Shown: positions 28,701-40,700 of the stretch, in pieces
Layout of the letters: each line of letters begins with the position of its first letter
Numbering within the stretch: the first letter of the stretch is position 1
Source: Pocillopora damicornis
Lineage: Eukaryota
DNA: 64,000 bases
NCBI RefSeq assembly: GCF_003704095.1
Contig: NW_020844683.1
Coordinates: 62,001 to 126,000, forward strand
Direction: 5' to 3'
The notes under the pieces: generated by a model
Databases searched by the model: none
What the model was told of the DNA's origin: nothing
The model's input: the letters and a program-made list of their open reading frames with translations, nothing else
Position numbers and translations under genes: made by a program

Positions 28701-31700
28701 CATCAGCAATTAATATAATTCATAAAGAATTTATACAACTTAAGGACTAGGGTAGTGGCTGAGAGGTCGAATAACAAAACGTTTTGTTCACTACTGTTGG
28801 GAAATGCTTGTTCAATTGCAGAAACAGATTTGCTGTAAGGGAAATTACTAAATGGATTGATCACTCACACGTTGGTCGTCCCCTGATTCTGGTGTCAGGG
28901 ATCTCTTTTCCATCTTTATCAACACACCAGCAGAAGCCTATGGAGCCGTGACACTGTACTGGGGCATATGAACCGTCAGCATTGCACTTTGGAACAAACC
29001 CGCCAATGAGAGGGTTTTGAGTTGCATTCAAATTCTCCTTTTGACATTTCGTAGAGCCTGAAAATGGAAACAAAAATAAAACTTCTCTCACCCATGAGAA
29101 TTCTTGAAATTTCTATAATTTCAAACTTGAGGTCTCAACAGTTGATTGATTCAACTCTTCCCTCAAAAGCCCCGACTAACTTGCCTTCACCCTTTCTGTA
29201 AGCGGCTTGAGATAAAGTAACTTCAATGTTACGGGGAGGGGGGGAGTCAGGCGCGGTGGGGTGTGGTGCACTTGACAAAAGGGCATTTTGGTNNNNNNNN
29301 NNNNNNNNNNNNNNNNNNNNNNNNNNNNNNNNNNNNNNNNNNNNNNNNNNNNNNNNNNNNNNNNNNNNNNNNNNNNNNNNNNNNNNNNNNNNTGATGACA
29401 TTTTTCAATAAGCTTCCTCCGCATTTGTAAAATCTTGATTGCCAAGCTGCAGTTCACATTTCACATACTTAGAATCTTCAAGCACAATAATTCTAAACTA
29501 CCCAGCACAACACGTTTGGTTCATTTAGCATAAACAGAAGATGCGACAAAAAAGTTGACTTTTCTGTCATGAAGATCAATTATTAATTCGTCTCACAATT
29601 AATAAAGAATGTATTTAATATCATATCTAAGGATGTTTGAACTGATAGACTAACTGACAAATTACTAGACTGACAAATCACAAATATTTCCAGTAGGTAC
29701 CCGAGCACGAAGAAATAATCAATTCCACGATACGTACTCGCTAAACAGTCCACAATATTGTCGTTGTCATCAAAGAACTGTGCGTTGCAACCGCCACAGT
29801 TATCCGGAAGGCATTTGGCTTTGGGATTTGCAGGGCAGCTAGCTCTTTCACATGGGTTGTTATGACACATAATGAAAGGGGCACCACGGGGACAAGCTGC
29901 AAAAGATGGAAAGAAAAGAAAAGAAAAGAGCATCACACTCTACACCTCACCAAATTTTGGATGAAAAGTTACCTGCTGTGTAAAATTGAATTAACTGCCA
30001 ATTAAAATAAACTGTAGCGCACTATCTGCAATAAAAGGACTTAAATTAAACTAACCAAGATATAAAGCAACAAAATGTTCTTGTTAATTATATTAGTTCT
30101 CCTTTACTAAGGAAATATTCTCTGACAATTAAATGAGAAACTTTGCCCTAAGGAAGAGTACCTTCTCGGACAGGTGCACTACAGACACGCCCACATCCAT
30201 TACCGCAACACTTCTGTTCTCCTTGGCAGTCACGGTCTGAACTGCACTCACTTTTACAAATACCGACATGGTGGATATCAACTGCTGGGCAATACCCCGG
30301 TTTAGCTGCAGAAGAAAAGCAGTAATTTTATTTTTGTGCCATCCAGTCAACACACGATTGTCACAATTTAATGCAATCTTAAGGCATATGAATAAGTTTT
30401 AGTTACTTGTTAGTTACTTGCATGGATTCATTTTCCAATCAATTTCTTTCTCAGTCGCTCAAACAATTATTTCTTCACAATTAGAGGGATTCTTCCAGAA
30501 AGAGGCATTCTTTTTTCTCATCAGTTTTAACAACAATGTAATGACATTGAACTTGAATCATTATCTATTTTGACTTTTAACAGACTCCCCAAGCTTCTAA
30601 AAGATTTCCCTATGAGTCAGCCCAATAAGTTGCTTTCTCCACCATCATTTGTGCCATAACAAGGTTGAGCATCGTATCTATGCATAATTAGAGAAAAGCC
30701 AGTTTTCACCTAAAAGCCTTATTTAAAACGGTTCAGTAATTTCACCTGAACTATGACCTTCTTGCAATCAGCAACTAAATCCACACCATATTTTTGATGC
30801 ATCATCAGATGTGACAAAGCAGCAGCATACAAAGCATACATATTTCAGGAAGCTTGAGAGTCCAACTTCTAGAACATTAGCGCTTTTTATGAATTAATTG
30901 AAAATATTTCTGACCATACAAGGATAGATCAACAAGTACCTTTATATTCTGGAGCAGTACAGACATGACCACAGCCATTGGAGCAGCACTTTTGATTTCC
31001 TAGACAGTCATTGTCAGTGCTGCATTTCTCTGTGCATGTAGCAACTTGATCTGGCTCTACCGCTGGACAGAAACCAGGCTTGATGGGAACCTCTTTGCAT
31101 TTACAGATATCACAGCCATCTGGACCCTGAGCCCAACCAAATTCACAGTACATTCTGCACACTACAGGCGCACACACTGAAATAGTGGAAGTCTTTTATG
31201 AGCTTACAGAACATTGAATCAAGTTTTTTTCCTGAGCAAATTAAAAATTTAGTTGAAAATTGGTCAATTCTATATCTGAGAGGTGAGAGCTAAACAGTGT
31301 TTCATATCTTTTGTCTCACAATGTTAAAACTCAAAAAGTTGAGGTGTTGGATGATTTGTTTACCTTGAGCTAGCAGTTATAAATAATGAAAAGAACATAA
31401 AACAGTGATCAAATCGAAACTGACACATCACAACCAACTTACACCACTTGAATCTTATGGCTAATAACATCACAGCCAAATGACAAATCAGTTTATACAA
31501 ACTGGACTTAGTTCATTCAGCTGATAACATCTATTCACTTGACTCTGTTGAGGACTTACATTCTGAATGTCAAAATGTTAGTCACTACTTCCGTCGACAA
31601 TCCCTCTCAGGACTACACTTACCCAGATGATCAGACTGCACTGTTACATGTGATCATCAGAAATAAATTACCTTTACTGCAGGTTGGTCTTCCTCTCACT

Positions 31701-34700
31701 TTAGTTCCTTTGATTTCCCACCCCTGTGTGTTAACACACCAACAGTAACCAGTGGAAGGGTGGCATTGCACTTCTTCAAAGCTGCCATCAGCTTTGCACT
31801 GTGGTATATAACGACCAGGCATACGAGTCTCTCCTTTGTTCCAGAGATAAAAGATATAAATGTTATCAATACTACATTGTTTAAACACACACACCTGCTA
31901 TGCAACATTTCAGTGCCCACTATATACCATTTCAGCTATAATAAATACAAGAATTTTGGGGTCAAGATTGAGAATTGCATATCTCTGAAAAAATACCATC
32001 TAGCTGTTCTAATGTTAGCTACTAAATTTGTTCAGGTTCTTTTGCAATACATTCACTTGTAAAGGCAGAGCTACTTTGAAAACATCCTACAGAATGAGTC
32101 TCCTAACCTCCCATGCAACGTCTCTCAGTCTATTGAAAGTAAATTTTATCTACAATGAGAAAAATTTCAGGGTTTTCTAAAATAACATATTTGAATATTT
32201 GTGATATTTTTTAAATGGTTATTTCAATCATTATTTTTCATATGTTATTTTTCATTCCATTTGTTTTTTCTTTTTTTTCTCCTTTTTGGAGTACACATGT
32301 CACTTAGCATGTTCCATTTTGGGGAGAGATTGGGGTAGTATAGTCAAAAAGACAAACTTGGGAATGAGAGTGGAGATCACAAACAAATCTCTGCATATCA
32401 GATTTCCAGAGGTTGACATCTAGTAAGTAAGTAAATAAGTTAACTCCTTATTTAAAGAGGGTTTCACTTAAAGGCCAAAAGGTTTATAATTTGTGGCCCT
32501 CAAAACTTGTAGCCATCCCTGAAATGATGGTCAGTTCAATGAATACCTGTAATTTACACATTTTGTTTGGGATCCCAATTATTCATAATTACACTTACCA
32601 CTTTGTAGCGTCTGTAACTGGCACAATGTTAGACCTACCAACAAATTTTAAAAAGCATCATGTTAAAGGGCACTGATTACTGACACGTTTTCAGCAGTGG
32701 AATTATTATCCAATACCTGCAGTTAGTCTACCTAAACAAGTAACACTCAACGTACAGGGCTAAGTTATCTGAATTAGGTTCACTGACTACTCAAATATGG
32801 TTTCCTTTACAGTTATTGATGGTGGTTCAGATTGGGTTCTACCAAATCAGCCCAATTCATAAAACAGTCTTGAGAAAATAATCAAGGTTTTCATTGAGAA
32901 ATTTAGTACATGAAGCACTCTTCACAGAAATTTAATATTAGCCACATTATAACATTTTTTTTTTTTGTAACTTTTGATGCACATGGATAGCCCTGGATAG
33001 TTGATAATTCTATTTATGGTCTTCTAATCAACTAATCGTGAGTTCATGAATTACATGTGTTCTATTGGGATCCATCAATTTGATTGCACCTGTTTTGGCT
33101 GACAGGGATGAAGTCTCCCCTCAAATCACCATACCAGTCACTCCTGGAGATTATCTAACCTAAAACAACTGATCCTGAAAGACCATGACCCAAGATACCT
33201 GAAAAATTCTTAATGGAGTTTACGAGAACTTGACAATGATTCTAACATCCTGGCATTTTCAGACCATAAAAACCAGGTCATTCATGCTCTCAACACCAAC
33301 TAAATGTTAGATATGCAATTTTTCATAGCTTACTACTCTTCAGTTGACTGAGACATGTTGGTTTGTGGAAGTGTCTCCTTGTCCCATTCACTTCCTTTCC
33401 ATCAGCATCAACACACCAGAAGTAACCTTCATGGGACTGTACTGGCTCAAAACTTCCATCACTCTGGCACTTGGGAACAAACTCTCCAAGCATACCAGTT
33501 GATAATTTTTGCCGAGCTTGACACCGAGTTAAACCTAGACAATAAGATGAGCCAAAAACTGTTACTCCTAAGTAAATTTTACAAATATCTAAGTTGTCTG
33601 GACTTTGAGAAAGGTCAGCTTGGGTATTTCTGCCCAATATGTTCCAACTAAAGGTTAATAATTCCAAAAAAAAAAGGTGAGTTCAGACAAGTTTAAGATT
33701 GTTCTACTGTTAATGTATGTAACTCTCTTGGATGGAATACAGGTTAAACATGTGTGAAAGAATAAATAACATTTACCCTTGACACAAGATTGACTATTGG
33801 CACAGAACAAACCTTTAGTGCAGTTGACAATATTTCCTTGTTCATCATGAAATTCAACCTTGCACATCTTACATGGATCAGAGAAGCAAGTAGCTTTTGG
33901 ATAAGCAGGACATCTAGCAAACTGACACATGTGTAGACACAGCAAGAAAGGTTTTCCATTTGGACAAGCTGAAACAATGACAATGACAACAAGATTCTTT
34001 CTTTGTCCCACCCTTAAACAATCGCTTCTTATCTTTGTTAAATTAATTGATAGAGCTAAACAATTTCTCTCAGTGTAGCATAGGATGATGTCAATATTGG
34101 TGATACTAACAGCACATAGAAAACTTTCACATGTGACCCTGATATATGGCCTAAATGACCAACAAGTCTTCTGTGGCTCATAATCAGTGTAGAAGTTGAA
34201 AACAAGTGGGGAGCATGGTAGCCTGGCAATCAGCATGCAAGATTCACCAGTTCCAAGACCTGACCCCGCCACTGTGCTACATTCTTGGGGTAAGCACTTA
34301 GCTCTCACAGAGCCCCTCTCAACACTGGAGAGTAAGTGGGTAGTAGAAAACAGTCAGAGAAGTGTGACAAATTGTATGGGGTCATCTGCAATGGACTATG
34401 ATATCCCATCCAGGGAGGAGTGTCAATACCCAATATCCCATCCAGGGAGGAGTGTCAATACCCAGCTGGTCACTTCATGTTACAGAAAGCTGGGATGGAT
34501 CACTTGGCTCAAAGACAGACTTGCATGTAACCATGATTAGTTTGTGGAGCATCTGATCCTGAATCAAGTATGGTTAGGCTTTGAACCCTCACACTTAACT
34601 CAGATCATTATTTGCCCCACACTTGTGAGAAATAATGAACATCATTCTTTAACTATTTCCCATGAACAATACACTCAATACAATTCTTGAGTTTTTCTAC

Positions 34701-37700
34701 TTATACAAAGGCAAACCAACTGTCTCAAGCATGTTCTTTGAAAACTCCACTTTAGACATTTTACACAGATTTATGTACAAGAAAACATAATTATTGTCTC
34801 AAAGTGGCTCAGAACATTTATTTAGCCCCTCAGTAAAACTGATAACTCCTCTTTCTTCAAGCACCAACCTAATATTTCATAAGAGGTAACTGTTGTAACT
34901 GATGTTGTTGTTGTGGAAGCAGAGACCTATATCTCATTTTGGAGGGGCAGAAATGTCCCCCAGGGCAAAGTTTACTGAGAGGACATTACAAAATTGTAGG
35001 TTGAAAGAATGCTGATAAGAAAATAAGAAAAAAGAACCAATAATAATAATGAAAATAATTTATAAACTCATATAATGCATGCTACATGAGGCAATAATCC
35101 AGTGCACTTTATCAAAAATATGATAAAATTGGCAGATACAATATGATAACAAACAGTGAAATTGCTTAAAATTACAAGAATGAAATGCTGTGAAAAAAAT
35201 TTAAGACTAAAATCATGTGACAACTAAAATGGCTTTAACTAAAGCAGCTTAGGCAATTTACATACTTGTAAAAGAAGGTTCTTGGCAGGTTAATCCACAT
35301 CCTGAGACATTACAGCACTTTTGCATTTCTTGGCATTCATTATCTGAACTACATTTGTTTGAGCATGCCCCAGTTCTTGGCTGTTTCACAATTGGACAAA
35401 AGCCATCCTTGATAGATCGTTCTGTTGAGAAGAGAAACATATCAGTGTTACTGTAACATTCTCAATGTTTTGCACTGGGTTTGATTTCAATGACATTGAT
35501 AAACCTTGCTGAAGTTGTTTATATGGGTGTGACCCATTTTGACCAGGGACTGAAACAATAATGTTGCTAGCGCTATTATGGGTAACCAATCCACAAAAGA
35601 ACATAAATTAGTGAAGACTTCTTTCAAATACCCAAAGCAAATAACACAATACCCACTAAAAACAGACTGACATTTAAATTCAAAACTCTTGTTTCAAAAG
35701 GACATATGCCAGAAATAGTTGACAAATTGCTTAAACACACACAAACTTTTCTAACTCTTAAAACATGGAACCATACAATCATATGACCCACCCAACATTT
35801 TGATTGATTATGACTGACATGTCAATTCAGAGTCTTCACCCCTCCACACCCTAACATAAGTATGCATGTTCTTCATATTGTTCTCTCAACATTTCCTAAT
35901 TAAGTTGCTGCCGATGGGAATTTCTTTAACAATCAACAGCCTCTTTGGTTGGTGATCATTGCTTATTTTTCTGTGATCTGAAGGTGTAATTCAAGGATAT
36001 TGCAAGGAGAAATTAGATGTTGGTCATGCTTATGGGACAAAGGGTTAATTAAATATATTACCACCAAGTGAACATAACATCTGCTCCATCAGTCCAGTCA
36101 AAAGGTACCAGCAACAGGCAATTTTGTTGCAAATAACAAGATATCTGCTGCTTACTTTCTACTAAACTTCATTGACAACAAATATATAGTCCCTACTGTT
36201 TCAAACTGTGAGCAAGAAACAAAAAAGATGAACAGAAACCGTTTCTTCAAATGAATTGACAAAGGCCCCATCATTTAGCAAATGTGTACAAGCACCAAGT
36301 GGCAGAAATTAATGGGGCCAAGAAACAACTTGAACATACTGGCAACTGCATGAAAATTAGCCACTGAAGTGGTCAGCAGTCAATGTTCTTGCAGACATTG
36401 TTACTGCTGCCTTAAGCAATACAGGCCTTCAACCTTTGCTGCCTACTACTCAACTCATCTTGCCTACCACTAAAAAACCTTTGGACTGGGCTGCTCCATA
36501 CACCTGCATTAACATGTACATACTTGAACGTCCCTGGGAAGGACAGACTGGCATGCCTCTGACTCTTGTTCCTTGCAACTCAGTACCATTCTTGTCCACA
36601 CACCAGCAGTATCCAGTAGATGACCAACACTGAATCTTGGAGTAACTACCATCTGCTTCACACTTTGGTACAAACCTGCCAACAGGTTGTAGGCCACTGC
36701 CACTGAATGCTGAGGCCTTCTTTTCCTGCAGTTTACACTTTGAGAGACCTAAAAATATAACAAAACAATTATGGTGAGCACTTAATCATCCTGTAAGTAG
36801 CAGGAACTATAATTAGAAGCACTTAATTTATAACAAAGGGTTAAGAGTTTCTAAAGAAACTATTGTGCTACAAAGGTGGGGGTGGGAGGGGGGTTATACA
36901 AGATAATTAAGGTTAGTCGACTTAATTGAGTGTAAATTGGTGACCATAAAGAGTTTCTAAAGCTGATATTTTGAGTGTTAACCCTTCATCGGCTCAAAAT
37001 GTCAGCTTTAGAAACTCTTCATGAAGACCAAATTGAATCATCAACTCAGTTGATAAAACCTAATTATCCTATTTTAAAACAACCAATTTATGTAGCACTG
37101 GACATTCAGTTATATCATTCAGTTGTAAAGAGCTGAATCGTGGACAGAAAATTGCTGAATGGTTTTTATCTCAGTGCACATCCCAGAACAGGGTTCAATA
37201 GTTTACTCAAATAATTTTTGTCTTGGAACCATTTCTTGCACAAAAAAATACATAATACATAATTAGGGATACAATACATAATTCTCCAAACTGAAATCAC
37301 AAGAACTCTATGGCAGACAGTAAGGAGAATTACTAATGAGATCTTGGGAGTTAAAGGGTTCAAGCTTCATGTAAAATTTGGTAATACCTTCATGACAGTC
37401 AACCACTTTGCTGTTCTTATCAATAAACTCAACTTTGCATCCACCACAGGGGTTAATACGGCATTTTGCCTCAGGATGGGCAGGGCATGTAGACCACTGA
37501 CAGAAGTTGCGTAAGCAGGTGAACATGGGTTTCCCTGAGCAAACTAGAGAGGAAAACAGTGACATAGATTTTGTTTCACACTTGTGTAAGGCTCTCATCA
37601 GTAAATCATTTCAGTATCAAGAACAAACAGAGAGTAATTCCTCCTTTCATTATAATCAAATGTATACATTGCAAGAAAAAAATGGAATTGAAGAAGAGAA

Positions 37701-40700
37701 TCTTGATCAATCAACTGATAACAAGACAATTCTCTCTGCATACAGATAAAGCTATAAATTTAAACATGGACTTGGATATGACCTATTCATACAATACTAC
37801 TATAATGCCAAAAGTAAGATAAGGTTAAATCTGTGATTGATTTCTGATCATCTACTGTATCTCATTATATCTCAGTTGTCATTTCACCAGCCATGATATT
37901 TCACACTAGTAAGGCGAATTAATTATGTGAGTTCAACTGTTACAGCACCTCCCATAGCTGTCTTGTTACAATGTGGTAAGCCACGATTCATGGTTCCGAC
38001 CACAGGGTTTCCTCCAACATCAACACACCAACAGTAGCCAGTGGAGCCATAACACTGTACTTCCTCATAGCTTCCATCTGCCGCACACTGTGGTACAAAC
38101 CGTCCAATAATGGGGTGAGCTGGTTTTTCATCTAGAGAGTGAGTACCAAGGGCTTTCAGACGTTGATTCTGGCACTTGGAGAAACCTGGTGGAGAAATAA
38201 AACACAACAAAAAATGTACCAATTTATCCAAAAATAATGGTTAGTCTCTAGTAACACTGGCACTTGGAGAAACCTAGTGGAGAAATAAAACACAACGAAA
38301 AATGTACCAATTTATCCAAAAATAATGGTTAGTCTCTAGTTTTCAGAGGAATAAACAAAGTATGGAGAGTAAATGACTGCTAAATGCAAAAGCAAGAGCC
38401 AAGGGACTCTGAGTTGTGCAGAGTAAGTTAAATCCCTGCTGGCCTGATCATGGTGTTATATTCTTGGGCAGGACACTGTACTCCTACAAAGCCTCTCTCC
38501 ACCCAAGAATGGATGAATGGTAACCGTGAACCATCCATGGAATCTGACAAAATGCTGAAGATACACTACCATGGGCTAGCATCCTGTCCAGGGGGACAGG
38601 CTTAGAGCAGCTCTGATCTGTCGTGCCAAACCCCAATTTACCAATTTTCAAGCACAGTGATGATTTCAAAATAGGGAAAAGTAACAACTGTATAATTTCT
38701 TACAATTCTTTTGATAATTACTACTTCTAAAATAAGCTCCATTCCACCAAGTTGCATTAAACCACAGATCATCAATGGCCAAGCAACTGGGGAAAATTTT
38801 AGCCTGAACAACAAGATAATCCATTCATGAAGTTTATCTACACATTCTGTCTAACTCAATCTTCAACCCAGCTAAAGTAGTTTTTAAAAATTATTAGTAC
38901 GTGTTTCAAATGGGCAATACTTGAAGGACTCAAATCCATCACTTCCTTTAATAGCAATTACCATAACACTACAGTAGTGTGCTACACTTCATCTAATTGT
39001 ACAGTAGCATACCAAGTAACGAAACCTAGTTGCTCTCTAACAACTTCAATACTTACAGTCAACCTTTCTGCCATTTTTATCAAGGAACTCCACTTCACAT
39101 TTGCCACAGGTGTTCACCCTGCAGGTAGCATCTTTGTGGGCGGGGCATGAGGCTGTATTACACAGCATTGGATCACAGTCAAACCCTCTAACTGACACTG
39201 GGCACACTGAAAATGACATCGAATCTCTCTGTCAGCAATGACCATACAGTCATCTACATTATGGGTTAAACTCTCTACTATGTATGTTTGTACATGTGTA
39301 CCCAAATGACCACTCCCCAATGGGCCTTTTCATTCACTAACAAATGGTAGGATGGAGATGCCTCAAGAGCAGGTGTCTAAGCTAAACTTTACATTGAGAT
39401 GCCATTTGTTGACCTAACATGACGACAAGAAATTATTAACAGATACACAATTTCAATCATCAGAAAAAAAAAAGAGAATATCATGCACACTGCTGATGGC
39501 ATTGTATGTCTTTGGAGAAAGTGAAACATTAGCTGGCAATCAGTTAAGAAATTCATGCAACATTTTCTAGCTTAATAGTCTAACAATTCAACAATTCATG
39601 AAATGAGCAGGGGAGATCTTTCTTTCTCAATCATTCAACTTGTTTAACTCCCATGAGTAACCCAGACAGAATTTCTCCTTACAACATAAGTACAATATCA
39701 ACCAGATAAGTGATGAGAATAAAGAAAAATATAAATTTGGGGATAATTAGTTGATCCAATACTAAATTCTCTGAACTAACTTTATAAGATGTGTATGTTT
39801 GACAGTAAGGAGACTTACAAATTTGAGGTGGGAGTTAAAGGATTAAGAAAAGGTCATCTAAATATTGAATGAATGTTAACAAAACATGTGACATTCCTGA
39901 GAGTCTAAGAAGCCACTTTTTTCAATTCACATGATCACCACAGATACCTAAAAAAAACTGTTAATCTGATAATCAGTGAGACAAACAATAAATTACTACA
40001 AAAATATCACATTTGCAATTGATAACACAAGCAGAAAAGCAACTGGCATTGAAATGAATGCCAACATTAAAGAATGTTTGCTGGTTGAAAAAGAAATTCT
40101 TAAAATGAAAGCTTTCCCTATTAGTCTTGGGCCTTTCAAACTAAGCTGACGGCTTGCATTTTAGAGAGATTTTTAACCAGAAAATGCATTTCTCATGTTT
40201 GTGGCTAAAATTTGCAAATTTTTGCCAGTAGCGTCTAGATATACCAGAAGTTGTACAATCCAGGTCTCCTCTTGTTCGCGTTCCACTCCATTCATGTCCA
40301 TTCTGATCTACACACCAGCACTGTCCAGTTGATGAATGACACTGTTTCTCCTTAAATGAACCATCACTCTTACACTGTGGCACAAAACGACCCAATGGAG
40401 GAAGTTTTTCAGCTTCTTTCCTCTTCTTTTGGCACAGAGATAACTCTGAAATATAAAAGAAAAAACATTATTTAAGAAATTGTTTGCAGCAAACCTCAAA
40501 AATATTTGTTTCACACTGTTTGCAGCTACTCTATTTATTTATTTTGCTTTGTTTCTATAAACCATCTAAAAATATAAGAGGCTGTGAAGCACTGACTTTA
40601 ACAACAAAAAAGCTAGCAGCAGTAACTACATTAGAGTAAGTGGTTTGAACCTGATTGTGTAGTCTGATCACTCTTGTAAGAGTAGTCTTTATATGGAGGC

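Noticed and set aside
29135-29457. ORFs spanning the N runs (also 46191-46725)
   Set aside because: Artefacts of translating assembly gaps. The MTLMMTSAQVVETSV ORF is the Penelope-like terminal repeat/hammerhead sequence, not a gene.
33655-34308. 217-aa ORF as an independent gene
   Set aside because: Chance fusion of antisense SINE sequence, intron and the true exon 33813-33968.
34860-34975. Extra Thr-rich exon (VSASTTTTSVTTV) in the inhibitor gene
   Set aside because: Available acceptors do not give this frame with the required phase-1 junction; phase-1 readings hit stops.
39114-39320. Cys-rich 68-aa ORF
   Set aside because: Wrong frame. The real exon 39057-39206 is read in another frame as an X module.
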